A DNA stretch of 64,000 nt from Polyangiales bacterium (GCA_038230375.1 JBBRNJ010000022.1:44537-108536); one strand, 5' to 3'; positions 49,652-59,907 are shown, counted from the stretch's first letter. Made by a program: numbers and translations. Notes: generated by a model not told the origin, from the letters alone.

Positions 49652-50419
49652 ATGCAACCGCAGTACACCATCCGCACCGCCGGCCCGAGCGACATCCCTC
49701 GCCTCGTTGCGATGAACCACGCCGCGTATCCCGATCTCGTGGCCGAGGGCATCGTGTTCGACGGCGCGCAGCTCGCCGCGCACCAGGCGGTGTTCCCCGA
49801 GGGCCAGCTGGTCCTCACGGGGCCCGATGACGGGATCGTTGGCGCCCTCTCCACGCTCATCGTCTCTTCCGCGGAGGCGCTCGCGCCGCACACCTGGATC
49901 GACATCACGAGCCACGGAACGTTCGCGAAGCATGACCCGCGCGGCGACACGCTCTACCTGGCGGACATCTACTCGGATCCCGCGGCGCGCGGAACCGGCA
50001 CGGGGGGCGCTCTCTACGCATTGTTCGCGCTCTGCAAGCGCAAGAAGCTCGCGCGCGTGGCGGCGGGTGGCCGGCTGTATGGCTACATCGACGTGGCGAA
50101 GGAGGTCTCTGCAGCGGACTACGTGGAGCAGGTGCTCCGCGGCGAACGGAAGGATCGCGTGCTCACGTCGCAGCTGCGCGCCGGCTTCATCGTGAAGGAT
50201 GTACTCTCCAACTATCTGGACGACTGGCGCAGCGGCAGCTTCGCCACGCTGCTCGTGTGGAAGAACCCCGAGCGAACCCAAGGACTGACCGCCAGCCCGT
50301 CTGGCGACTATTTGACCGTGGAAGGGCCCGCGCCGCTGCGGAGCAACCCACCGCGCCCGGTGGGCCAGAGCAAGCACGCGTTGCCGCTGCCTTCTACCTT
50401 GAAGACATCGATGCCGTGA
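49652..50419 (+). CDS. GNAT family N-acetyltransferase
   Basis: HQAVFPEGQLV, HDPRGDTLY, DPAARGTGTG.ALY, AGGRL.GY, DRVLTSQL..GF, W.NP. Confidence 0.85.
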   Translation: MQPQYTIRTAGPSDIPRLVAMNHAAYPDLVAEGIVFDGAQLAAHQAVFPEGQLVLTGPDDGIVGALSTLIVSSAEALAPHTWIDITSHGTFAKHDPRGDTLYLADIYSDPAARGTGTGGALYALFALCKRKKLARVAAGGRLYGYIDVAKEVSAADYVEQVLRGERKDRVLTSQLRAGFIVKDVLSNYLDDWRSGSFATLLVWKNPERTQGLTASPSGDYLTVEGPAPLRSNPPRPVGQSKHALPLPSTLKTSMP

Positions 50420-52095
50420 TCGAAGGACTGAACCAGGATCTCGAGCGCGCCGTCGCCGTCGAGATCCGCGACGGTGGGCGCCGCCGGAATGCCGACGCCG
50501 TTGCCGTCCATCCCCTGCCCCGGTAGCGGAATGTCGAAGAGCAGCTTGCCCGTGTTGTCGAGCACGACCAGGCGCCCCGCGTCCGCGGTCAGCGCATAGA
50601 CGCCGAAGATGATCTCGGGGACGCCGTCCTTGTTGAGATCCGCGACGACCGCCTCCGAGGCGAACGTCTTCGCCGCGCCCTTCGCGTAGTCAAAGCGCCA
50701 AGCGCGGCTGCCGTCCGGCGAGATCGCATAGACGAAGCCGTCGTTGATGGGCGCGATGATCTCCGGGCGTGTGTCGCCCAGGATGCTCACGGTCGTGGGC
50801 GCTGGGATGGCGTCGGGCGGGTAGTAGTCACCGGAGGGACGCACGGCGGGTTTGTCGGTGAAGGGCAGCGTCTCGAAGCCCGTGAGCCTGCGCGCCGCGC
50901 GTGAGCCGCCGCCCTGCGCGCCCTCGAGCACCATGAACGCGTAGCCCTGGGTCTCGTACGGATCATGGAGCTCTGCGTTGGGGATGCCCACGACGTCGTT
51001 CTTGCCGTCGCCGTTCACGTCCGCCACGTTCGGCGGAGACGCGGTCCACTGCAGCCACATGTTCGTCGTGACCTCGGGCCAGGGGTCCGCGTGGTCGTGG
51101 TAGTGCCCGTTCTCGATCGCGGGGTCCAGCCAGCGAATGAACTGCCCCCAGCCCATGGGCTTCGAGAGGAACATGTTCGCGGGGTTCGAGTAATACGACG
51201 ACGCGAGGATCGAGCTGCCGTTCGCCTTGAACGCGTTGATCTGGTGGTTGTCGTACGTGACCAGGATCTCGAGCTCCTTGTCGTCGTCGATGTTGCCAAT
51301 GCCGACGTTCTCGCCGTAGCACCCGTAGCCGGTGTTGCCCTCGCCGTTGAAGTCCTTGTCGCCAGGCGTGGACTGGTTGTAGCGGGGCCACGCGTTGGCA
51401 TTGCCGCCCGGCGCGAACACCTTGCCGTCGGGAGAGAACACGAACACCTGGGAGCCGGTCTTCGACGTGTTCGTGGTGGTGACGACGACCTCGATCTTGC
51501 CGTCGCCATCCAGATCGCCGGCGGCCATGCCGCGCGCCTCCGGGCTCTGTCCGCCGCTCGTGGTGGACGCCGGCCAGCCAGCCTTCGGCGTGAGCGCCTT
51601 GTTGTTGTACTCGTATGCGGCCACGGTGCCGCCGTTGCCGCCAACGACGATCTCCATCGTGCCGTCGTTGTCCAGATCCGCGACCACGCCGGGCGCGTAG
51701 ATGCGGCCCATGGTGGCCGTGCCCTTCGAGAGCTGCTTGCCCGTCGCGTCGAACACGAACGTGCTGTAGAGCGTGGCGACGATCTCGTTCTTGCCGTCCT
51801 TGTCCAGATCGACCACCGCGGGCGAGCCGAACCAGCCGGTCTCGCCCGTCTTCACGTTGAACGCGAACGTGGGCATGGCGACGGGCGCACTGCCGCCTTG
51901 CGATTTGCATGCGGCCTGCGGCGCGACACTGCCATCTTCGGCGATGCTCGCATCACCGTGCGTGCCGCCACCACCACCGCCGCCGTCGTCACCAGCCCCG
52001 CCGCCGCCACCACCACTGTCGCTACCACCACAGGCGACGGCAGCGGCGAGAGCGGACAGGAGCACGACACCGACGGCGGAGGTCTTGCGGAGCAT
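50308..52095 (-). CDS. FG-GAP/VCBS repeat lipoprotein (Ca-binding beta-propeller)
   Basis: Lipobox AVAC; about 7 DxDxDGxxE/D repeats. Confidence 0.85.
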   Translation of the reverse strand: MLRKTSAVGVVLLSALAAAVACGGSDSGGGGGGAGDDGGGGGGGTHGDASIAEDGSVAPQAACKSQGGSAPVAMPTFAFNVKTGETGWFGSPAVVDLDKDGKNEIVATLYSTFVFDATGKQLSKGTATMGRIYAPGVVADLDNDGTMEIVVGGNGGTVAAYEYNNKALTPKAGWPASTTSGGQSPEARGMAAGDLDGDGKIEVVVTTTNTSKTGSQVFVFSPDGKVFAPGGNANAWPRYNQSTPGDKDFNGEGNTGYGCYGENVGIGNIDDDKELEILVTYDNHQINAFKANGSSILASSYYSNPANMFLSKPMGWGQFIRWLDPAIENGHYHDHADPWPEVTTNMWLQWTASPPNVADVNGDGKNDVVGIPNAELHDPYETQGYAFMVLEGAQGGGSRAARRLTGFETLPFTDKPAVRPSGDYYPPDAIPAPTTVSILGDTRPEIIAPINDGFVYAISPDGSRAWRFDYAKGAAKTFASEAVVADLNKDGVPEIIFGVYALTADAGRLVVLDNTGKLLFDIPLPGQGMDGNGVGIPAAPTVADLDGDGALEILVQSFDHGIDVFKVEGSGNACLLWPTGRGGLLRSGAGPSTVK

Positions 52096-52111
52096 CAAGA
52101 GATCTTACACG

Positions 52112-53119
52112 CTACTTCGCGATCTTGCAGGCTGTGGCGTCGCCCTCGGTCTTCGAGATGTTGAGGTTGTCTGTATAATACACGCGTGAGAAGGCGGAGG
52201 ACCAGCACTCCACCACGTCGAGCTCGCTCGGGAGATTCCCTCCCGTTGCGATCACATCGGCGCGGCCCGCTCCGGTGGTGTCCCAGCGGTTCTTCAGGTT
52301 CACGTCTTCGAGGACGGTCGGCTTGGTGTTGTCGAGCGCCGCCTTCCCCGTGATGTCGAGCTCGCCCGCGCCGCCCGTGAGGTGGTGCACCTGGATGGCA
52401 AGGTTGCCCTTGCCCTGGCCGGGCGCGAGGTCCGCATCGATCTCGCCCGCGATGGACGGATCGTCGAGGTTCTTCAGGTCGTACGTGATCTTCGTGGTGC
52501 CGTAGTCGTGACCGCGCGCGGGATCGAGGTTGCGGTAGGCGTCGTTGTCCGCCTGGAACCAGCCGGTGCGATGGAGCGCGCCCGCTTCCTTGCCGTAGCC
52601 GTGTCCCGTCAACACGGACACGAAGTCGGACTCCGCGGTCTTGTCCTTCGGGCGGCCCTCGAGCTTGTAGTCGTACTCGTTTGGCGCGACCTCGTTCACG
52701 GTGAAGCGCCAGACCACGGGCTGCAGCGCATCACCCTGGTATGGGCCCCACACAGCCTGGTTCGCGCCGACTGTGGTTGGTGTCTGCGAGACCACTGCGT
52801 TGATCGCGCCAAGGATGACGGCCGTGACGACGTCCACGCCGTCCGTGATGTCGCGCGTGAACTGGTAGAACTCCGCGTTGCCGTTCGCGCCCACGCCAGT
52901 GACGCCAATGCCCGACGCGTGGCTGCCCGAGAGGCGAAGACCGCGGGCGCTCTGCGCTGCAGTGCCCGCGGCGCTCGAGCCCGGAACACCAAGCGCGATG
53001 TCCTTCGATTGCGGCACCGCGGAGCGGTACTTGTCTGCGTTGCTCGTCTGGAGCGTACAGCCCGTGGACATGCCGACGATTGCCGAGACCGTGACCAGAA
53101 GTCCTACTCGAACGTTCAT
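52112..53119 (-). CDS. Hypothetical lipoprotein
   Basis: GGAGG SD; lipobox STGC; host-like codon usage; C-terminal ECW...C. Confidence 0.75.
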   Translation of the reverse strand: MNVRVGLLVTVSAIVGMSTGCTLQTSNADKYRSAVPQSKDIALGVPGSSAAGTAAQSARGLRLSGSHASGIGVTGVGANGNAEFYQFTRDITDGVDVVTAVILGAINAVVSQTPTTVGANQAVWGPYQGDALQPVVWRFTVNEVAPNEYDYKLEGRPKDKTAESDFVSVLTGHGYGKEAGALHRTGWFQADNDAYRNLDPARGHDYGTTKITYDLKNLDDPSIAGEIDADLAPGQGKGNLAIQVHHLTGGAGELDITGKAALDNTKPTVLEDVNLKNRWDTTGAGRADVIATGGNLPSELDVVECWSSAFSRVYYTDNLNISKTEGDATACKIAK

Positions 53120-53181
53120 GCGTCCTCCCTTCGGTAAGTGCCCTCGTCGCGTCCCCACGACGGCCAGGCACGGGCACTAAA

Positions 53182-53197
53182 AGCAGATTTCGCACCA
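53182..53197 (-). promoter_or_regulatory. Sigma54-type -24/-12 promoter
   Basis: Minus strand TGGTGCGAAATCTGCT (GG-N10-GC), about 60 nt upstream of ATG 53119. Confidence 0.45.
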
Positions 53198-53300
53198 GCG
53201 GCGAACGCTGGAAATCGCGCGCAATTGATGGCGTCAGCCCTCACTGCGTGAACTCCGATTCTCACCCTCCGTGAACGACAGGGTGACCGCCGTGCGGTGG

Positions 53301-54599
53301 CTACTTGATCGCCTGTGAGAGCGTCGCGACTGTGTCTGCGAAGGCGACCTGGTCCTTCGGGGACTGCCGCAGGAACTGCTCGATCTTCGGCATCTTCGCG
53401 AGGGCTTCGTCCAGCTCCTTGTCGGAGCCCTTGGCGTAGGCGCCCATCGTCACGAGATCGCGCTTCGCCTCGTAGATGCCCATCATCGCTCGCAGCTTCC
53501 TCGCAGCGTCGCGTTGCTCGGGGGTGACGATGGCGTCCATCACGCGCGACAGTGACATGGTGACATCGACTGCGGGGTATCGTCCGCGTGCGGCGATGCC
53601 GCGGTCGAGGACCACGTGGCCGTCGAGGATGCCGCGCACCTCGTCGGCGATGGGCTCGTCCATGTCGCCGCCTTCGACGAGAACCGTGTAGATTGCAGTG
53701 ATCGATCCGTGCGCGCTCTGACCCGAGCGCTCGAGCAGGCGCGGGAGCATCGCGAAGACGCTCGGCGGATATCCGCGGCGTGCGGGGGGTTCTCCCGCTG
53801 CGAGCCCGACCTCGCGCTGGGCGCGTGCGAAGCGCGTGACCGAGTCGACGAGGAGCATCACGCGCTTGCCTTGATCGCGGAAGTGCTCGGCGTATGCGGT
53901 GGCGACCTGCGCAGCGCGCAGCCGTTCGAGCGCGGCGACGTCACTGGTCGCGACCACAACGACGCTCTTCTTGCGTCCTTCTTCGCCGAGCGCGTGCTCC
54001 AAGAACTCGCCCACCTCGCGGCCTCGCTCGCCGACAAGCGCGACGATGACGACGTCCGCCGCAACGCCGCGCGCCACTGCGCCGAGCAGCGTGGATTTGC
54101 CAACACCGGAGCCAGCGAAGAGGCCCACGCGCTGACCTTCGCCCAGCGTGAGCAGACCGTCGAGCACGCGCACGCCCGTCGCGATGGGCTTCGACACGGG
54201 TCGCCGTTCGAGCGCCATCGGTGGATCGCGGTCGACGGGAACGTCGACTCCGGACGTGAACGCTGGTCCACCGTCGAGGGGGCGGCCGAGTCCATCGACC
54301 ACGCGGCCCAGCATGTGGTCGGACACGCGCACGGTGAACTGACCGCCGACCGCCTCCACCAGATCATCGGGGCCGACGCCGGTGAGCGGACCGAGCGGCA
54401 TGGCCACGGCCTCGCCGCCCGCAAAGCCGACGACCTCGCACAGGAGCGGGGAGCCGCGACGCGCGACGCTGACCACATCACCCACGCGCACGCCGGGCAT
54501 CGAGAAGCGCATCGAGAGGCCAACGACCTCTGTCACGCGGCCCGTGGTGCGGACGGCGGGTGTCGCCGCGAGGCGAGCCTTGAGCGCGTCGAAGTCCAT
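53301..54599 (-). CDS. sctN: FliI/YscN (SctN) family type III export ATPase
   Basis: GQRVGLFAGSGVGKSTL, VGERGREV, DSVTRFARAQREVGL, GYPPSVF, DEVRGILDGH, YPAVD. Confidence 0.9.
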   Translation of the reverse strand: MDFDALKARLAATPAVRTTGRVTEVVGLSMRFSMPGVRVGDVVSVARRGSPLLCEVVGFAGGEAVAMPLGPLTGVGPDDLVEAVGGQFTVRVSDHMLGRVVDGLGRPLDGGPAFTSGVDVPVDRDPPMALERRPVSKPIATGVRVLDGLLTLGEGQRVGLFAGSGVGKSTLLGAVARGVAADVVIVALVGERGREVGEFLEHALGEEGRKKSVVVVATSDVAALERLRAAQVATAYAEHFRDQGKRVMLLVDSVTRFARAQREVGLAAGEPPARRGYPPSVFAMLPRLLERSGQSAHGSITAIYTVLVEGGDMDEPIADEVRGILDGHVVLDRGIAARGRYPAVDVTMSLSRVMDAIVTPEQRDAARKLRAMMGIYEAKRDLVTMGAYAKGSDKELDEALAKMPKIEQFLRQSPKDQVAFADTVATLSQAIK

Positions 54600-54622
54600 G
54601 TCCGCCCAGCCTACAGCGCTTC

Positions 54623-55279
54623 TCACTGCATGTGGGGAAGCGCGGCCGCGACCATCACGAGCTTGCCGCCGGTGGTGTCGAACCAGTAGGTGCGCTCGGA
54701 CGGTGGTAGCGGCGTGCCGTTCTTGCCGCCGCTGACCAGGTAGAACGTGCATCGCGCCGCGTCGCGCTCGCAGGTCACCAGCGGCGTGAGCTTCTCGGTA
54801 CCGCCGTAGGGGTTCGGGCCGTGGCACCGCGGAACGAGCTGCCGTCCGGTCCACGTATGCTCTGGATCATCGGTCAGCGTGATGTTGGCATCGTCCCATT
54901 GCACCACGGTGGTCGGCGCCTGAAATGAAGGAGAGTCGACGAGCTCGCAGACCTTCGCCGGAGAGACGACGCGCTTCGGGAGTCCGGCAAGCAGTGCCCG
55001 CATGCGCGTCACAGCCTCCGGAGTGGGGGTCGGGGTCGAGGTCGGGGTCGAGGTCGAGGTCGAAGTCGAAGTCGAAGTCGCCGTCGGGGTCGAAGTCGAA
55101 GTCGAAGTCGAAGTCGAAGTCGAGGTCGAAGTCGAAGTCGAAGTCGCCGTCGGGGTCGAAGTCGAAGTCGAAGTCGACGCCGGGGTGGACGTCGCCGTTG
55201 GGGGCGTGCTCGCGCCGCAGCCGAGCTCGCTCAGCAATCCCAGGACAGCGAGCGCGCGCGTTGGCGCGCGGCCTACCAC
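54623..55279 (-). CDS. Lipoprotein with long Thr-Ser linker
   Basis: Lipobox-like ELGC; TS/TP repeat; Cys-containing C-terminal domain. Start uncertain (55279 or 55312). Confidence 0.6.
   Translation of the reverse strand: MVGRAPTRALAVLGLLSELGCGASTPPTATSTPASTSTSTSTPTATSTSTSTSTSTSTSTSTSTPTATSTSTSTSTSTPTSTPTPTPEAVTRMRALLAGLPKRVVSPAKVCELVDSPSFQAPTTVVQWDDANITLTDDPEHTWTGRQLVPRCHGPNPYGGTEKLTPLVTCERDAARCTFYLVSGGKNGTPLPPSERTYWFDTTGGKLVMVAAALPHMQ
55026..55178. repeat. (GTCGAR)-type hexamer array, about 25 units, encoding a TS linker
   Basis: Read directly; same unit family as the arrays at 29057, 43425 and 44209. Confidence 0.95.
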
Positions 55280-55552
55280 TCCGTGCCCTTTGCCATCCAG
55301 TCGTACATCCATGGATCCGTCAGGGTGGTCGAGATTCCTCGCGGCGGAAGGCTTCGCCTGACGGGCACCGTGGCGCGCTCTCGCACGCTCGAACGCGACT
55401 CCGGGCTCTGGTGCACGCGCGCAAACACGGCCAGCATCGGGGGAAGAGAAGGTCGCATACGCGGTACTACGGCGCACGAGCCGATTTCTTTACCCGCCCA
55501 GGTCGTTTTTCTCTCTAATCGACTCCATGCATGAATCCGTGGGGGTTGGACG

Positions 55553-56941
55553 GTGAGCGGTCGCGCCTCTCTGAACACGCTCGACCGGTCGTTCCTCGCG
55601 TCCGAGAGCCGCGACGTCATGATGCACGTCGGCTCGCTCCTGCGGTTTTCGCCGCCGAAGGACGGTTCTCGCGATCTGGGAGAGAAGCTGCGCGAGGAGC
55701 TGCTCAAAGACCCGATCGTGCACAGCCCGTGGAACCTGCGCCTCGCGCATCCCGACATGCTGTCGCACCCGCTGCAGTCGTGGACAGAAGACCCGAACTT
55801 TGACATCGAGTACCACGTCCGACGCTCCGCGCTCGCATCGCCCGGAGACGAGCGCGAGCTCGGTATCCTGGTGTCGCGCCTCCACGGCCAACCGCTCGAC
55901 TTTCACAGGCCACCGTGGGAGGCGCACTTCATCGAGGGCCTGGAGAACGGCGACTTCGCGATCTACACGAAGGTGCATCATGCACTCATCGACGGCTACA
56001 CGGGGATGCGCATGCTCATCCGGAGCTTCTCCACGGACGCGGATGAACAGCACACGCCGCTCTTCTTCTCGCGAGGCCCGAAGGAGCGAGAGCCGCGCGC
56101 GCCCAAGGAAGAGGAGGCCACCTACGACGCGCTGCTCCGCGTGCTGCGCGAGCAGGCAAGCGTCACCAAGGCGATCAGCCGCGCGCTCGGCAATGTGATC
56201 CGCGCGGTGCGCATGCACGACCACGAGCTCGTCACCCCATTCGACGTGCCGCGCTCCGTCCTGAACCAGAAGATCACGCGCAGCCGCCGCTTCGCCACGC
56301 AGCAGGTGCCCATCGCGACGGTGAAGCGCGTCGCCACCGCGGCCTCCGCGACCGTGAATGACGTGGTGCTCGCGATCTGCGGCGCGTCGCTCCGGCGCTT
56401 CCTCCTCGAGAACGGCGACCTTCCACAGAAGCCTCTGGTCGCCATGGTGCCCGTCAACATCAGACCCAAGGACGACCCCGGCGGCAGCGGAAACGCAGTC
56501 GGCGCCATCCTCGCGACGCTCGGGACCGACATCGAAGATCCGGTCGCGCGTCTGCACGCCATCGCCGCCTCCACGCGTCGCGCAAAGGAGCAGCTGTCCG
56601 GCATGTCGAAGAACGCGATCATGCAGTACAGCGCGATCGTCCTCACCCCCATGATGCTGTCGTTCATTCCGGGCGCGGCAGGGCGCGTTCGTCCCGCGTT
56701 CAACATTGTCGTGTCCAACGTGCCCGGTCCGGAGATGCCGCTCTACTTCCGCGGCTGGCGGCTCGAGCAGATGTATCCGCTCTCGATCCCATTCCACGGC
56801 TACGGACTCAACATCACCATGCAGAGCTACGCGGGCAACCTGGGCTTCGGGTTCACGGGCTGTCGCGACACACTGCCGCATTTGCAGCGGCTCGCGGTGT
56901 ACAGCGAAGAGGTACTCGCGGAGCTGGACGCGGCGCTCTGA
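55553..56941 (+). CDS. Wax ester synthase/diacylglycerol acyltransferase (WS/DGAT)
   Basis: LDRSFL..E....MHVG, PLDFHRPPWE, catalytic HHALIDG, TVNDVVLA, FNIVVSNVPGP. Confidence 0.93.
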   Translation: MSGRASLNTLDRSFLASESRDVMMHVGSLLRFSPPKDGSRDLGEKLREELLKDPIVHSPWNLRLAHPDMLSHPLQSWTEDPNFDIEYHVRRSALASPGDERELGILVSRLHGQPLDFHRPPWEAHFIEGLENGDFAIYTKVHHALIDGYTGMRMLIRSFSTDADEQHTPLFFSRGPKEREPRAPKEEEATYDALLRVLREQASVTKAISRALGNVIRAVRMHDHELVTPFDVPRSVLNQKITRSRRFATQQVPIATVKRVATAASATVNDVVLAICGASLRRFLLENGDLPQKPLVAMVPVNIRPKDDPGGSGNAVGAILATLGTDIEDPVARLHAIAASTRRAKEQLSGMSKNAIMQYSAIVLTPMMLSFIPGAAGRVRPAFNIVVSNVPGPEMPLYFRGWRLEQMYPLSIPFHGYGLNITMQSYAGNLGFGFTGCRDTLPHLQRLAVYSEEVLAELDAAL

Positions 56942-56973
56942 AGCGGCGCTCTGACGCGGCAGCGTGAGGAATC

Positions 56974-58107
56974 CTACGAGGACGCGGCCTTCTTGCCGTC
57001 TTTTTTCTCGCCGCGATCGCCCACGTGGACCTGCAGCTCGTCATTCAGCTGCTCGAGGAGCTTGCGTGCGTTCTCCGTCAGCGTGATGGGCACGTTCACT
57101 TCGATCACTGCGACCAGCGTTCCGCGACCACGACCGTCCAGGCGCGGCACGCCCTGGTTCTTCAGCGCGATCGGCGTACCCGGCTGCGTTCCCGGCGGCA
57201 CGCTGACGGTCACGGTGGTCTCACCTTCGTGCCCCACCGGCACAAGCGCGGGCACCGGGATCTCCGCGCCCAGCGCCGCCTCGGTGAAGGAGACCTTCAC
57301 GCGGGTGACCAGGTCCGCGCCGTCACGCTCGAAGCGCGCGTCTTCCTCGACATCGATCTCCACGTAGAGATCGCCCGCGGCGGCACCACGCACCCCACCC
57401 ATTCCCTGCCCCGACACGCGCAGCCGCTGACCCGCATCCAGGCCCGCGGGGAACTGCACCGTGACCTTGCGCGTCTTCTCCACCGCGCCGCGGCCTTCAC
57501 AGCCCTTGCACGGCGTCTTGATGACCACGCCCTGGCCACCGCATTTGCCACACGGCGACGAGAACATCACGAAGCCACGCGCGGATGAGACCTGCCCTGA
57601 GCCGCGACACTGCGCGCATGCCTCGGGTTTGGTGCCGGCCTTGGCGCCTGAGCCTTCGCAGTCGGTGCACGGAGAGGGGGCGCGAACGATGACCTCGCGC
57701 TTGGTGCCAAAAGCCGCTTCCTGGAGCGTCAGGCGTTGCTGCACGCGAAGGTCCGCGCCGCGACCGCGCTGCTGACGCTTGCCGCCGCCACCGAACCCGA
57801 AGCCGCCCGAGAACATCTCCGAGAAGAGGTCCTGCATGTGGGAGAACATGTCGCCCATGTCCTGACCACCGCCCCCGCCGCCCTGGAGCCCATCATGGCC
57901 GAACTGGTCGTAGATCTGGCGCTTCTGGTCGTCCGTGAGGATCTGGTAGGCCTCGCTCGCTTCCTTGAATTTCGCCTCTGCGGCGGCGTCCCCGGGGTTG
58001 CGATCGGGATGGTGCTTCAGCGCCTCCCGCTTGTAGGACTTGCGGATCTCCTCTGCCGAGGCTTCCCTGGCGACCCCCAGAACTTCGTAAAAGCAACGCT
58101 TGGACAT
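56974..58107 (-). CDS. dnaJ: Molecular chaperone DnaJ
   Basis: J domain with HPD, G/F region, four CxxCxGxG repeats, C-terminal domain. Confidence 0.96.
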   Translation of the reverse strand: MSKRCFYEVLGVAREASAEEIRKSYKREALKHHPDRNPGDAAAEAKFKEASEAYQILTDDQKRQIYDQFGHDGLQGGGGGGQDMGDMFSHMQDLFSEMFSGGFGFGGGGKRQQRGRGADLRVQQRLTLQEAAFGTKREVIVRAPSPCTDCEGSGAKAGTKPEACAQCRGSGQVSSARGFVMFSSPCGKCGGQGVVIKTPCKGCEGRGAVEKTRKVTVQFPAGLDAGQRLRVSGQGMGGVRGAAAGDLYVEIDVEEDARFERDGADLVTRVKVSFTEAALGAEIPVPALVPVGHEGETTVTVSVPPGTQPGTPIALKNQGVPRLDGRGRGTLVAVIEVNVPITLTENARKLLEQLNDELQVHVGDRGEKKDGKKAASS

Positions 58108-58143
58108 ACCGCCTGGCTCAAACTAATGCGGGAAAATGGCGTG

Positions 58144-59859
58144 TCAACGGGCCTCTGCACCGGAAACACGGCCTTCTCGTTGGGCGCTCATCTGCTCGAT
58201 CAGCGCCATTTTCTCGGCCAGCGCGGCCCGGAGCTCGTCCAGGCCAAGGCCGGACTCGATGCGCTTCTTGTCCTCGTGCTCCTGGGCAAGGGCCAGGCGC
58301 AGGGTGTCGATCTCTCGTTCGAGCTCGGTGATGCGGGCCTGGGCGCCGGTCTTCTCACCGCCGGCACCGACCGGGGCGTCCGGAGGACCTGCGGGGGTAG
58401 GGACGAGCATCGCGGCGCTGTCCGCGATCGCCAGGTTTTGCTCCAGCTCCGCGATGCGCCAGTCCCGCGCGAGCAGCTCCCCCTCGTAGCGGGCGATCTC
58501 CATCGCCATCGCGCGGACGCTCTTGCGGGCAGCCACGAGCTCGGCGTCAGGCGGGCCGGCGTCTGCCATGGGTGGGGGCTCGACGGTCTGGGATGCGTTG
58601 AACGGGGCCTCTGCGGCGAGCGCGTTTGCGGGCGCCGGCGGGGGGGAATGAGGCTGTGCCTCCTCGAGCGACTGAACGAGCTCGCGGACGATGCGCTCGC
58701 GTCGAACGATCTCGCGCTCCAGCTCCGCGACCAAAGCGGCGCGCTCGCGAAGGCGCGCCTCGGCGTGGGCGAGCTCGTGCGCGTGCTCCTCGGCGTGCTT
58801 CTCGATGGACTGTTCAAGGTGCTGGAGCCGCGCAGTGGCGCGCTTCTCGGCCTCCCCGAGCTCGCACTGGGCCGCGATGACGCGCTGCTCTGCGGCGGCG
58901 ATCGTGGCCGTGGCGCGGAGAAGGTCCTCGGCCTGACGCTGGTTCTTTTCACGCTCGTCGCGCAGGTGCTGCTCGTAGCCACCGAGGCGGTTCGACTGCT
59001 CGCGCGACTCCGAGAGCTGCGTGCCGAGCACGTCTGCACGGAGACGCGCCTCGGCGAGCTCCGCGGCCATCGCCCCCATCACCTCTGCGCGCGCGGACGC
59101 GGCGGCCTGAACGGAGATGCGGCGCTCACCCTCTACTTCTGCCTCGCGCGCGGCCTCGCTCTGGCGAACGCGCTCGCGAACGTCGTCGATGTCGTGCGCG
59201 CGGGCGTCCTTGCTGGTCTCCTCTTCGAGCGGCAGCTGGAACAGGGCGTACGTGTCGAGCTCCGCGGCCTCATGGGAGGCGGCGATCACGAAATGCTCGG
59301 GCGTGGGCGGCTCCGGCGCAAGCTGCGAGTCCACGCTGACGGCAGGCTCGTTGTCACCCTGACCGAGCTCCGCGAGCGCAACGCCGCGCCACGCGATCTT
59401 CGCCGCCACGCGCACGAAGCCGAAGCACACGGCGAACATGTCGTAGAAGGACTCGTAGGGGATGGCGCGCGTCGTGTCGCCGGTGGCGTCCGCGTTCGCG
59501 GTGGCGGCCAGCACGAGTCCATCCGTGGTGACCAGGCGTGCGAGCTCCCGCGCGAGCTTCTCCGGATCGGGCGACGCCGTCATGTCCGCGACGATGGCCG
59601 CGTCGAACGCGCCGTCGCGCACCTCGAACGTGTGCGGAAGCGGACGAACCACCACCGCACGCGGAGAGCGCTGGGCGGCGCCGCGCGCGCGGGCCGCATC
59701 TCCGTCGTACGCGTGCACGCTGCGTGCGCCGAGCTGGAGGAGCCGCTGAGGCACGCCGCTCTCCACATCACCCACGAAGAGCACGCTTCGCCCGCTGATG
59801 TACGCCTCTGCGTACGCGGCAAGGACGTGGCCCAGGTCGGTGGACGATTGTTGGCTCAA
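58144..59859 (-). CDS. Degenerate methyltransferase-fold N-terminus plus long coiled coil
   Basis: GRSVLFVGD...GARSVHAYD...DGAFDAAI...ELARLV..DGLVL, followed by E/R/A-rich heptads. Confidence 0.6.
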   Translation of the reverse strand: MSQQSSTDLGHVLAAYAEAYISGRSVLFVGDVESGVPQRLLQLGARSVHAYDGDAARARGAAQRSPRAVVVRPLPHTFEVRDGAFDAAIVADMTASPDPEKLARELARLVTTDGLVLAATANADATGDTTRAIPYESFYDMFAVCFGFVRVAAKIAWRGVALAELGQGDNEPAVSVDSQLAPEPPTPEHFVIAASHEAAELDTYALFQLPLEEETSKDARAHDIDDVRERVRQSEAAREAEVEGERRISVQAAASARAEVMGAMAAELAEARLRADVLGTQLSESREQSNRLGGYEQHLRDEREKNQRQAEDLLRATATIAAAEQRVIAAQCELGEAEKRATARLQHLEQSIEKHAEEHAHELAHAEARLRERAALVAELEREIVRRERIVRELVQSLEEAQPHSPPPAPANALAAEAPFNASQTVEPPPMADAGPPDAELVAARKSVRAMAMEIARYEGELLARDWRIAELEQNLAIADSAAMLVPTPAGPPDAPVGAGGEKTGAQARITELEREIDTLRLALAQEHEDKKRIESGLGLDELRAALAEKMALIEQMSAQREGRVSGAEAR

Positions 59860-59907
59860 GGGAGCCGGATAATGCTGCTTTTCGGCCTCGCCTGCAAGGG
59901 GTGCGCG

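Noticed and set aside
53301..54599. F1 ATP synthase beta subunit or flagellar locus
   Set aside because: GSGVGKS and DEVRGILDGH motifs are FliI/SctN type, and there are no atp or flagellar genes nearby
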